Position numbers and translations under genes: made by a program. A model generated the notes under the pieces. That model saw only the letters and a program-made list of their open reading frames with translations, ran no database searches and was not told the DNA's origin. Below, one piece after another: positions 12,901-24,900 of a stretch of 64,000 nt of DNA. The DNA comes from Glycera tridactyla (Eukaryota): contig OZ286473.1 in the NCBI GenBank assembly GCA_965644265.1, positions 45,880,001-45,944,000 of the forward strand, in the 5' to 3' direction. The first letter of the stretch is position 1, and the number at the start of each line of letters is the position of its first letter.

Positions 12901-15900
12901 TCATTGGAGAATTGGCTATGTTTTCTGTGGAATTGCCTACGCCTGACTGCCCTCATAAAAATTTCATCTGTATGAAATGTTCTTGTGATACCTGTAGCCT
13001 GATGAGTGGAAACTATATTAGCCACCGTGCAAATTGGGCTAAATAGGCGATTGGAGCAATTTATTCCACTGATCATTTCTTTGGCGCTGATTACTCATAT
13101 GGCAATTGAAGCAATTCATCCCACTGATTATTTCTTTGGCGCTGATTACTCATGCGGCAATTGAAGCAATTCATCCCACTGATTATTTCTTTGGCGCTGA
13201 TTACTCATGCGGCAATTGAAGCAATTCATCCCACTGATTATTTCTTTGGCGCTGATTACTCATGCGGCAATTGAAGCAATTCATTCCACCGATCATTTCT
13301 TTGGCGCTGATCACTCATATTTGCATGGTTAGTGTCGTGAGATCTGATGCCAGGACCACCAGGTGGAATACAATTCTCTCTACTCACTCATCGTGCATTC
13401 CTGCTCTTGTACCACATATAGTGCATAGGCAATTCTCTTTGGCATACATTTACTGAGTGGAAATAGTGATCTCAATAGACAAAACAAACTACTAGTGTTA
13501 TGTCCTTCCTCGAAGTAAACTAGCACAGCCTACTTGTCCTTAGGGTGGGGTTTTCCAAATGCTTGTCCATAGAGAGTATGACAGTTTTTATGTGAGGCAG
13601 CTACACTGTGAGCATTGAATATATGTTTTCATATTTGGAAATACATGTGCTTGAATGTGCATTGACACTCTTGTTCACTCTCACGTCGAGAGTGTGCATC
13701 GGAATTTCGTTTGTTTGTGTGAGGTTTGACGGCATGTATCAACCCTAGGGTTATGTATGCCGTGTGTTCCTGGTTAATGAAAGCTAGATGTTCTCTCCCC
13801 AGCAGACACCTCTCTCACGAACCCTGAACACAGGATGAATGGGAACCTGAAAGGTTGCCAAGTGGAAGTAGCTGGCAGTTCGGACACACCTCTACCTACT
13901 CTATATCAACATAATAAACTATTGATGGCATATCTAACTATGTGTAACTGGCTGGAAGCTGACACTCAAGCTTGATAGGAATGCTTGAAAAGAGCGTCTC
14001 TAATGCTTACATGTGTATGTGTGTGTTCCTACAGAGTTCGTTAGGATTACATATACAGATACGGAAGTTTTTTATTGCATAAGGTTTGAGAGGGAGGACT
14101 CACATTGCGATTGACATCTCCAATAATACCTGTCCAGGATCCGTTGCTAAGGCGTTGACCAAACTCTCCATCAGCTACTTCCTGGAATTCCAATCGATGC
14201 CCCTTGAAGATGGTAGCCAGTAAATCNNNNNNNNNNNNNNNNNNNNNNNNNNNNNNNNNNNNNNNNNNNNNNNNNNNNNNNNNNNNNNNNNNNNNNNNNN
14301 NNNNNNNNNNNNNNNNNNNNNNNNNNNNNNNNNNNNNNNNNNNNNNNNNNNNNNNNNNNNNNNNNNTCGTCGTCCTTGTCGTCATCATCGTCATCACAAT
14401 ACCTGGCAATCAGATGGTTATTGCTTACTCACCCACAATGAAACCCCGGTAGTTCCATCGCGTTCCATTGACCACCTTGATAAAGTAGGGTACCATCTGT
14501 CGAATGTACAAGGTGACATCCCTTATAGCAGAGGCCTGTCGAATATATCCAATAGTCTGTATGATCTATCTCCACATTCGTCTAAACATTCATCCATACA
14601 TCCGTCCGTCAGTCTGTCCGTCTGCCTCTTTGTCCGTTCTTCCCTCCATCCGTCTGTCCATCCGTCGCTCTGTCCCTCCGTCTGTCTGTCTGTCTACCTA
14701 TCCATCCATCCATCCATCCATCCATCCATCCATCCATCAATCCATCCATCCATCCATCTATCTATCCATCCTTCGGTCCACCAATATGTTCATTCATCCA
14801 TCCATCCATCCATCCACTCCCCCACCCATCCATCCATTTATCCATCCATCTATCCATCCACCCATCCATCCACACATCCATCCATCCTTCGATCCACCAA
14901 TATATTCATCCATCCACCCATCCACTCACATATCCACCCATCTCTCCATCTATCTGTCTTACCGTCTATCTATCCAATCGGCTCCCAAACCATATGAGAA
15001 AATTCTCCCTCCAGCCACTACACCTCCTATTATTATATGCATTCCTTCATCCTTCAATCAGTTCATCCGTACTCACCAGTTTACTTGACACACTATACGT
15101 AGCTGAACTTGCTGCTGACGTGGTCGCAGAGGTGAAGTAGGGCCCACGCGGAGGGGTATCATGTTTGGCAGTTGTACTTATATCTATCAAGATATAGATA
15201 CATTTGTTTATAGATTTCTTCAGATTTTTATTCACGTTTATACTCACACAGGAGGTACAGGTACCATATCTCCCTAGTACCCGAAATAATACCGGACAAA
15301 AAACATGACATGAAAGACAGAGGGCTAATAGAAGAAATATATACTATTTACAGGAAGCGAGAGTAGGTTAGAAAATACGGCACAGACACAGAGAAAAATT
15401 GGAAAAATAAAAAACATTAAGCAGCATCTACGACAATACTTCAGGAGAGAGAAGAAGTGTACAGTTATATGCAAAGAAAATCGGAGACGTCTCTACCACA
15501 AATAGCTTATACTAAGAAGTTTCAAAATTGTCCACATCGTATCGATGGTCCTTAAATAGAGGTACATCAATATAGAGACCAGCATTCTATCTTCAGGAGG
15601 GTATATGTGTATATCCCAAAAATTGACATACATCGTGTTCTCCCTCGCTACATATTTAATCGGAAGAGAGTAACAGCATTTAGTTCCAGAAATTCCCACC
15701 AGAGTATCTCAAGGTATTGACAGGGGGTAGCACTTCCAGTGAGCTGACTTCCACTTCCCGTTTCAATCACCATCATGGAAGGTCATTTGGATCATCATAT
15801 TTGTCTAATCAGGTACAATAGTCATGGTGTACACCAAATATGCCTGAGCTACAGTCAGTGCAGAATCAGCTATAACTTCAAAAGTCTTGAACACGATCCC

Positions 15901-18900
15901 GACACGATCTAACAAGTGAGTTCGTCGTCTTCATTTTAATGATAGGAAATTGATACAAGAAAACATCACATAGATCTGCTCATTTTCATCAGTGCAGCTT
16001 GATATCCCTGTCGACCTAAATGCAGTTAGAATTACATCATCTTCGAAATTCTCACTCAGGCTTTATTTCTGCCAATGTCTCCTATTGCACTAAATTGTAC
16101 CGAGAAACACGAAATCAAAGGGACAAAATACTTCAAATTGTATCACCCAATGATGAGATATATTACTGGGTTGGAGTAATTGGCATTGCGTATTCTATTC
16201 ATTTTTTTCTTCTATTTAGGGGGATTGGATGTCGTACGGTATGCATTCTATCGGGGTATTGCAAATGATGTCACAACGAAAATCTCGCAATCCATTCATC
16301 ATAAAGTGGGATTGGCCCCGACCGACGTTTTATGAAACAGGTCCCTTGTGTGACCCTGTGATATCTCAGGATGGTATTCGAAATTCGGTCAGAGATATTC
16401 GGAAGTCTTTCAGGAAACAAGGTAGCAACGTGCGGCCTGAGGCCCACACATACAAGGCCTTGATTGGGGGTCAGAAATACATGTGGAACTCTCTGATCTC
16501 ATATATGGGTGCCAGAGTGGAACAAGCGATGAGCAGAAAGCCCTGACACTGATATCAGCAATGGGATGGATGTATACATTCTGCTCAACCTTGTCTCACT
16601 GGTCTCCAAATAACATCATTGTAAATGAACGAATCCAATATTCTTTCAGGGAAAGATTGACAACATTTGTGGGCGATTCTACATGACTTTGAGTTAAGAG
16701 GCTTGAACAAAAAGCGTTAAGATTTAACACAGGGGAGAGAGCTTGCCGAATATAGGTGTGAACCCTATTCGCAACTTGCGAAGGCATGAGTTCACTTGTA
16801 ACATCTTTGCAGAAATTGAGTAATTGCTCCTTTTTTCATGAGCCAACAACAGAATACTCACAAATATTATTTTGGGTGTACCTGTAAATGTAGTGTGTCA
16901 TAATACAAATTTCTGATGATACTGAGGGAGGAAGAATGAGACAAGGTTCGACGCGAATTGGCGACTTTACTGGATGAGTTGCACAGTGTCGGGAGTGTGG
17001 TGGTCGTCAATTGTTCCACTCTAGTACCCGTATGTAGCGACTTGCCGGCTGTCGGCGTGGCGGGAACAAGTAGAGAAAATCATGCAATTTATGCAAGAAA
17101 ACATCACATAGATGCACTCATTTATACCAGTGCAACTTAATATTCCTGTCGACTCAAATGCTGTTAGAATTAGATCATCTTCGAAATTCTCACTCAAGCT
17201 TTATTTCTGTCACCTATTGCACTTCAGTGTACAGAGAGACTCGTAATCAATTGGACTTGCTAATTTGTGATAGCATTTATGTATACATCTGTGCGTGAAA
17301 GAATGAAAAAATGTGATGAGTGAGTGAACGATTGAATTTTATCAAGTACATACCTAATGAAAATCCATTAAAATGTAATGTACATACACCTAACATATCT
17401 AATCCCCAACGTGTGTGCAAATATTGACAAATTTGAAGTATATTCGTGTATGTTCCTCGTGTATATATGTTATTTTGCTATTATTTCACATTGTTTATGC
17501 AGGATGGAATCCATTTTTCGGATTGATTGTATAAGTTATAAGTATATATACGTTGCAGTCAGATAAAGTTGTATTCTATTCTATTCTATGATCTTGGGAG
17601 CAGACTTCTTATGAGTTGGTGCCAAAGATTACTGGCTCCACGCCACTCGATGACTCTTCACTAACATCGTATCTGATCTGACTGCTGGATATTTAGGGGT
17701 ATTATATTCCTGGAAGATTCAAGAAATTTCACGTCATTCAAAACTACTCCTTGTGCCACATACCTGATAATAGTACGTTCTCCGTTGATCGGACCTCTGG
17801 AGATTCTGTGAAAAAAAGAATTTATAGATGTATTATGTATTATGATGCAAATGGTGTAGAGTCCTAAGTTATGAAAATTGACTCGAGCTGATCTCATGAA
17901 AAAAATGATCATCTGAGATTATTGGTTCTCATTTTATGGGGATTGACGTAAGTCATACGACATCGAATTCTTGCCATTAGATGCTTTATGCCTCATTATA
18001 TGCTTTATTATATGCACGTCTATAGCAGGACTTACTGCCAAGGTATCTTACCTCTCTACTGCAACGACTAGAGCTGCGACAATGAAAAGGAATAACTGCA
18101 AACTTACAACATTGCAACGCTAACGAAATCATAGCTTAGTAACATTGATATATTGAGATAAAACAGAATACTAAGTAGATATGAAGTATTTTACAATCTG
18201 TCTATACCGGGTCAATCATCTTACCATCTTCATATTATCATTCATTACATTATCATTTACACCATCTTTTCCACCATCATCATGTTGTCGTATTTCATGA
18301 TATGTTCATTGTTTCGTCATCCTGAAGATGTACACATTTTGTTGTGTATAAATGTATTGACGAAGAATAAAAAACTGTTAAAATCAAATCAATCATCATA
18401 TGCAGTATGTGTTGAGATTTTTGGTACCTATTTCACCCAAACTGAATCAAGCTTGCTATATGTGGATAAAGTCTTCAGATATGAACTGGTGCCAAAATCA
18501 TATGCTTTTCCACCAATATCATTCCCACTTTTCAGACATTGAGGAATTCTCCTGCCACCGTCAGTGAATTTCTGTGAAGTTCATGTCATTCGAAATTGCA
18601 GCACCACATACCTGAAACCGTACTGCTTTCAGTGGACTGGATTTCTGGAAAGTCTGTAATGAAACGATATGCATACATATTTTACAGATGGATCCTATGA
18701 CATGCGAATTCTGTAAGTTCTGAATCCATGAGTTTTGTATCAAGCCATTCTCATGGGTAATTAGTCTTCTGGGGTATTTGTTTTTTATTGGACTGGAAAT
18801 TACACAAGCTACCCTTCTTGTTTCTAATACCTATTTCAATTGAATCCACTCATGCTGCCCTGATGTTAGTATGTTCTCCTAGTTGAACTGGTGGCAAAAG

Positions 18901-21900
18901 TTAACTGCCCTACCCATTTTATGCCTTTTCATCAATATCATTCTTGATCTGATTGTTCAGACCTTGAGGAATATTCTACATTCGCCTTTCCGCCATGAAT
19001 GTATTTATGTTGACACATGTGAAGTTCACCGAATTTCATGGATTCAACATTGAAATACCACATACCTGAAATGGGACTGCTTTCCGTGGACTGGATTTCT
19101 GGAAAGTCTGTAAGGAAAAGATATGCATACATATTTGACAGATGGATCCTATCACGTACAAATACTGTGTGCTCTGATTCCATGGCGATCGAATCTAAAC
19201 AGGCTCGTATTAGTCATCTGAGATTTTTTTGTTTTTTCATTGGACTGGAATTGCTACTCTTCCTGTTGGGGTAGTCTGTCAAGGTAAGATTTTTAATACC
19301 TATTTCAATCCAATCCACCCATGCTGCCCTCATGATAGTATAGTCTCCTAGTTGAACTGGTGTCAAAAGATCACAGCCATACCCCTTTCATGCAGTTCCA
19401 CCAATATCATTATCAATTTGATTTTTCAGACATTGAAGAATATTCTACATTCGCCTCCCCACCATAAATGTATTTATGTTGACTCATGTGAAGTTCAGAC
19501 AATTCCATGTCATTCAACATTGAAATACAACATACCTGAAACCGTACTGCTTTCAGTGGACTGGATTTCTGGAAAGTGTGTGAAGAAAGATGTGCATACA
19601 TTATTTGACAGAGGGATCCTATGCCATGCGAATACTGTAAGTTCTGAATTCATGAGTATTTTTTTCATTGGACTGGATTCCACACAAGCTACCCTTCTTG
19701 TTGGGGTAGTCTGTTAAGATGATAATTTTAATACCTATTTTGATCCCATCCACTCATACAGCCCTCATGTTCAATGGTATCCTTGTTGAACTGGTACCAA
19801 AAATCACAGCCCTACCTCTTTTATGCCTTCCCATCATTATCATTCTTCATTTGATTTTTAGAGGAATATTCTACATTCTCCTCCCCACCATGAATGTATT
19901 TATGTTGACTCATGTGAAGTTCAGAAAAGTTCATGTCATTTATGAATTGATATACCACATACCTGAAACCGTACTGCTTTCAGTGGACTGGATTTCTGGA
20001 AAGTCTGTAAGGAAAGGATATGCATATATATTTGACAGAGGGATCCTATACCATGCGAATACTGTAGGTCCTGGATTCATGAGTATTGAATCAAGCCATT
20101 CCCATGAGATCTATTTTGTTTTTTTGGACGAGAATTCACATAAGCTACTCTTCATGTTGGGGTAGTCTGTTAAGATGAGATTTTCGAGACCTATTACAAT
20201 TCAATCCACTCAGGCTACCCTCCTGTTAGTATAGTCTCCTAGTTGAACTGGTGCCAAAAATCACAGACCTACCCCTTTTTATGCCTTTCCACAAATATCA
20301 ATTTCAGACATTGAGGAATACTCTCCATCTGACTGTTCATCATGAATGCATTTCTGTTGACTCATGTGAAGGTCATGTCATTCAAAATTGCATTACCACG
20401 TACCTGGAACCGTACTTTCAGTGGACTGGACTTCTGGAATGTCCGTGAGGAAAAATATGCATACGAATTTGACAGATGGATTGTATGCTATGCAGATAGA
20501 GTGGATGCAAATTTCATGGGATTCGAATCAAGTCACCCTCTTGTGACTTCAATCTCCTAATATTGTTGGCTCTTTTTTTATTTGAATTGACAAACGCTAC
20601 CCTCACTTCGTGGTAATCTGTTGAGATTGTTGGTACCTATTCCATTGAAACGAACTCAAGCTACGCTCTTGTGTGTGTATTCTCTTGATTGAACTGGTGC
20701 CAAAGTATCATAACCCTCCCTATGTCTTTCCACCAAAATTGTTCTTGCCAAAAGGTGCCAGTCAGTGCTCAGAGTGTTTTTCCTGTGGATATTGATATAG
20801 ATAAGACGCAATCTTATAGAGAAGAATCAGAGCTTCCCCTTCGTATACATTCTAAGAATAGAACGTTCAGATCACATGACTCAGAAGCCGGATGTATCAA
20901 TTTTACGGAAAACGAATGCGAAGTTGAAGGCTAGACTGTGCTCAACTGGCTATTGTGAAAAATGATTCGAAATATCAGCATACTGTCTTTACACACATGT
21001 GTGTTTGACTCTTGTGGAGTTCAAGATATTTTTCTCATGAAGATTTATGTAGATTTACCATAAAGTGGGTATTTCTCAGTGGGAATGTCTGGATCGTTCA
21101 CCTGAGAATTTGTTTAGGATTCCTCTGAAATACTATCTTTATTCTCAGCATCATTATCACACTTTCCCTGGAATGCTAGTACATTCCATATAGCCATCAC
21201 ACAGTCCTGATCCTTTATGAATACTACCTAGGACCATCAGGCAGATCTGACTTAGACTAATGCTAACCAATCACCATTTTGGTTGCGAGATATATGATGA
21301 TGAGCGAAGCCCAGGCCATCAAATCAGCTGGTTGTGCATAGTGTACATTTTATCGATCAGACAGGCAGGTTTTTATTTTGAAAAATATACACTTAATGAT
21401 TACTGTATCAACTCATTACCATTGATGTATGTTTCTACTAACCTCACTCGTGACCGCCGTAAAAAGCTCTCATGAGCTGAATGCGGGTTGTATATATGTT
21501 GTACATTTCACGAGTTTGAATAAAGTTGTTTGAAATTGAATTTGAATAATGTCTGTCATGTATTCAGTGTGTATCGCCAGGTATCACCGCATCTGTCTCG
21601 TCTCCTCTGCTCTTTCGATCTGCTGTGATGAAATGTGTTTCGAATCGAAAAGCTGCACTTACTATCGTTTTCCGTATGTTCCGTCTGCTCTATATAAGTA
21701 TTTTGATGATTATTGATGGATTTTTAAGGATGCAGAGCTTGGCAGTAGACGCTATGCATTCTATTTTTGAGTTGTCAAAATCTCGTGCATTGGATGGAAT
21801 TTTAATGTATCCGTCTGGGAGTGCATCACAAAATTCACGTGGGTAATATCTTTGGTATGCAGTGACGTGAGCCCATATGAAGTAAAGAGTCAATTTGATT

Positions 21901-24900
21901 TCTCTGACATTAACCCTTTAATGCATAATAACCTGTGTCTGTGACACCCCAGAAGAACACGCACCACGAGCAACATCGTGACGCTACTCCCAGCATGTAA
22001 GGTAGACGTCACCGTCTGTAGGAAAAAGATCGCTTGATGACGTCATTTTAACACTTTGCATATCGTCAAGCCCTTTGACCACAAAATTCCATCAATAATC
22101 ACCAAAATATTCTTAAAGGGCAGACAGAGCACGCAGAAAACGATGGTAAGTGTAGATTTTGATTGGAATCCCCATTTTATACAGCTGATCGAAAGAACTG
22201 AGATGGAAGACGCGCTGATCCCGGCAGTACACACTGAATACATGTCAGACGCCGGGTAAACAAACCAGACCTTCTCACGGAAAAATACCAATCCCTCGAG
22301 AAATATATGTCAGATCATGACATTTTAAATTGCAATACTACATACCTGAAACTGTATAATGTTCTCAATGGACTGAACTTCTGAAAGTTTGTGAGAAAAG
22401 AATATGCATGGATGATTCGAAAGATGGAGTGTATTCTAATTTCGTAGGATTCAACTCATTTTGCTGGGGTTTTTTGGTTCCGGGTTAACTTCACATCAGC
22501 CACATATGTGATGTACATACAATGGGCATATGTGATGCCAATACAATTTGCATGAGTGGGACCATTCAAGGCTCATCCGGCTTTGCATTTATGATATATA
22601 TCCCAGTTGAAACATAAAGTCCAGGATTTCATGTCACTCGATAGTGCATTTCATGCCACATACCTGAAGTTGGTACGTTTTTGGCGGGTTGACTGTCTGG
22701 AAAATCTGTAAAAAGAATACACATACATGATTAGACTTCTGTATCGTTTCTCGTGCAAGAACTGGAGATCCTCTTTTCGAAGAAAATTGACTCAAGCTGC
22801 CCACGTTTTGCAGTTGACTGTTGAGATTATTGATACCGATCACATATGAATCAATCCAACTAATCTTATGGATTGCATATTATAGGTTCTGATCTCATGG
22901 ATGAAAATTTAAAATTGATAACCAATTTCAGCCCGTCAAGGAGCAAATTGGAAGCAATTGAAACTCAATAATGTGATACCCTTTGAATGCAACATACGTT
23001 CATATTTATATTCGAATACAGTCGAACCTCCCTTCATTCGCATCAAAAAGTGCTCTTTAAAGGGAGGTTTTCCTTATAGGGAGGTAATTTACTGTTGAAA
23101 ATACTACTACGGTCGCAGCTCAGGGTGGTCTTTATAGGGAGGTGGTCTTTATAGAGAGGTGATCTTTAGAGGAGGTTCGACTGTACATTCCTTTACACTT
23201 GTGATCGTGGTATTATGGAATTGCATGATTTCATGGCATACCTATTGTATATTGCATTATTGTATATTGTATATTGCACTATTGTATATTGAATATGTCC
23301 TGTGAATATCCTGGATACATCTGGTTTCAGATACGGGACGTTGTTGAAGATTGAAAATAAATATATGAAAAACGAGCATTGGCTCAAGCACCTTCCCCGC
23401 TCCCACATTTTGAGCATGGTCTACGAAGATTGTAACATCCTTTTCCATAGGAATTGACTCATGCTACCTTCAGTTTGGTGTAATCTCCTGAGGGCATGGG
23501 TTCTACTTAATCTTGTGAGGCTTCATGAAGGCTTACATTTTATGGAGACTAGGCCAGACCCTTGCCATGCACAGGTGTATTATGGTGGTTTCCCATGAGG
23601 TAATGAACCATGTGAATATCATCAAACCTGCCTGAGAGACCACCTTTGTACAAAGGTCACCTGCCTACAGATACCCCACTGAGCTGCAACCATGACAGTA
23701 TACTCTACAGCGAATGACCTCTGTCAGTACTGAAGAAAGAGTCTTTTAACAGATAAGAGTTTCAGATTGTTGGTGGGCTCTTGGCCCCATTTTTACCTTT
23801 TCTGCGCATTGATATATTGCCTAATATGGGTTCTCTGAACGAGCCTTCGTGTCCCTATCAACCGTTGACAAACTCAAGGTGGCTCATTTTTTCAGTAATG
23901 ATCCATTGTATCTCTGATTCATGGACCATATGGGCCCACAAACCTGTCAGAAAATATGACAGTCAGTGTTGAATATGATTGACAAGGAATGCAACTTATT
24001 TCCGGAGGTGGAGTCATCCATTGCTTTTCTTGACCAAGAACTTGTGTTTTAGGATTAGAGTCTCATCACATTGAGCTGTGTAATAAATATAGCCTGACTG
24101 AGAAGAGAGAAGATAAACCTCACAGAAAATTTACAAGGGAGGTGCTGCAATCACGTTGTGGCAGTTTTGTCTAAAGTATTTACCTTGCCTAAATAGTACA
24201 TTTCTTTTGAGATGCATGCTGTTGACATGAGAATTGGCTCATCCACTGGCTAAAGCTCTGGAACTAGTGTAGATCCACTTTCTTCGCCCAAATACAGTCC
24301 AACCTGTCTTAGGCAGCCATCTACTAAGCAGCCACCTGCCCTAAGCAGCCACTTTTGAATTTACCGACTAGACTTTTTCTACTATAATTAACCAGCTCTA
24401 AGCAGCCACCTGCCCTAAGCAGCCACTTTTTGCCTTCCCGAAGGATGGCTGCTTAGGACAGGTTCGACTGTAATGACAACTGATGATTTCTGCCAGCAAC
24501 CATCTGTTTATTGTGTGGCTTTACAGAAACACTGCAAGTCACTGTGACCTACTTTAAGCCTTCTGTTCTAGGAGAGGACAATGTGACAATGAGTGTACTG
24601 CCCATTCATCTGGTCCCTCAGCTGCCTCTGACCACTGTGTGAGATCACTGCTCCATCATTGTACATTCTCACTGCCATTTCTCCGATCAATTCTCCCAAA
24701 GTTGGTGAATTTTTCAAGGATTGTCAAAAATGAGTACTTTCATCATCAGTTGTGTAGAAGATGGGATACACCAAAATTACTTTCATGGGTAACTGTCGTT
24801 TATGAAATGGTGCACCCACCGTGACAATATTTATTCACCAGGATGTCCCCCATTTGGATATCTAGATGAAAAAAGTTCTCATTTTCATCGCAGATATATG

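Larger units (their letters stand above)
18280..20760. repeat. Diverged tandem array, ~430-470-bp unit, each unit = one microexon + intron
   Basis: Anchor motif tacctgaaaccgtactgctttcagtggactgg recurs with spacings of 454, 470, 427 and 441 bp; outlying related copies at 17.8, 22.3 and 22.7 kb. Confidence 0.88.

Noticed and set aside
14227-14366. Missing M1-M3 exons hidden in the assembly gap
   Set aside because: The gap is ~140 nt and lies upstream of an S1 exon, whereas the pore must fall between S1 and S2, which are contiguous within exon 12566-12775.
14504-15088. 194-aa His/Pro/Ser/Ile-rich ORF (also 63157-63818)
   Set aside because: Translation of (CATC)n/(CATT)n microsatellite.
15248-15324. 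Extra exon [26 protein letters not shown] with good splice sites (and a 20-nt candidate at 16862-16881)
   Set aside because: Both need a phase-2 upstream partner that the phase-1 stalk chain does not provide. They could only be used in isoforms skipping the whole stalk, for which I have no evidence.
16229-16850. Plus-strand nested gene fragments (also 23780-24790, 26330-26450)
   Set aside because: Short open stretches with several stops, no recognisable motif and no consistent exon chain.
19038-20165. Plus-strand ORFs repeating [16 protein letters not shown]
   Set aside because: These are the antisense shadow of the conserved minus-strand microexons and splice sites; the frames break between units.
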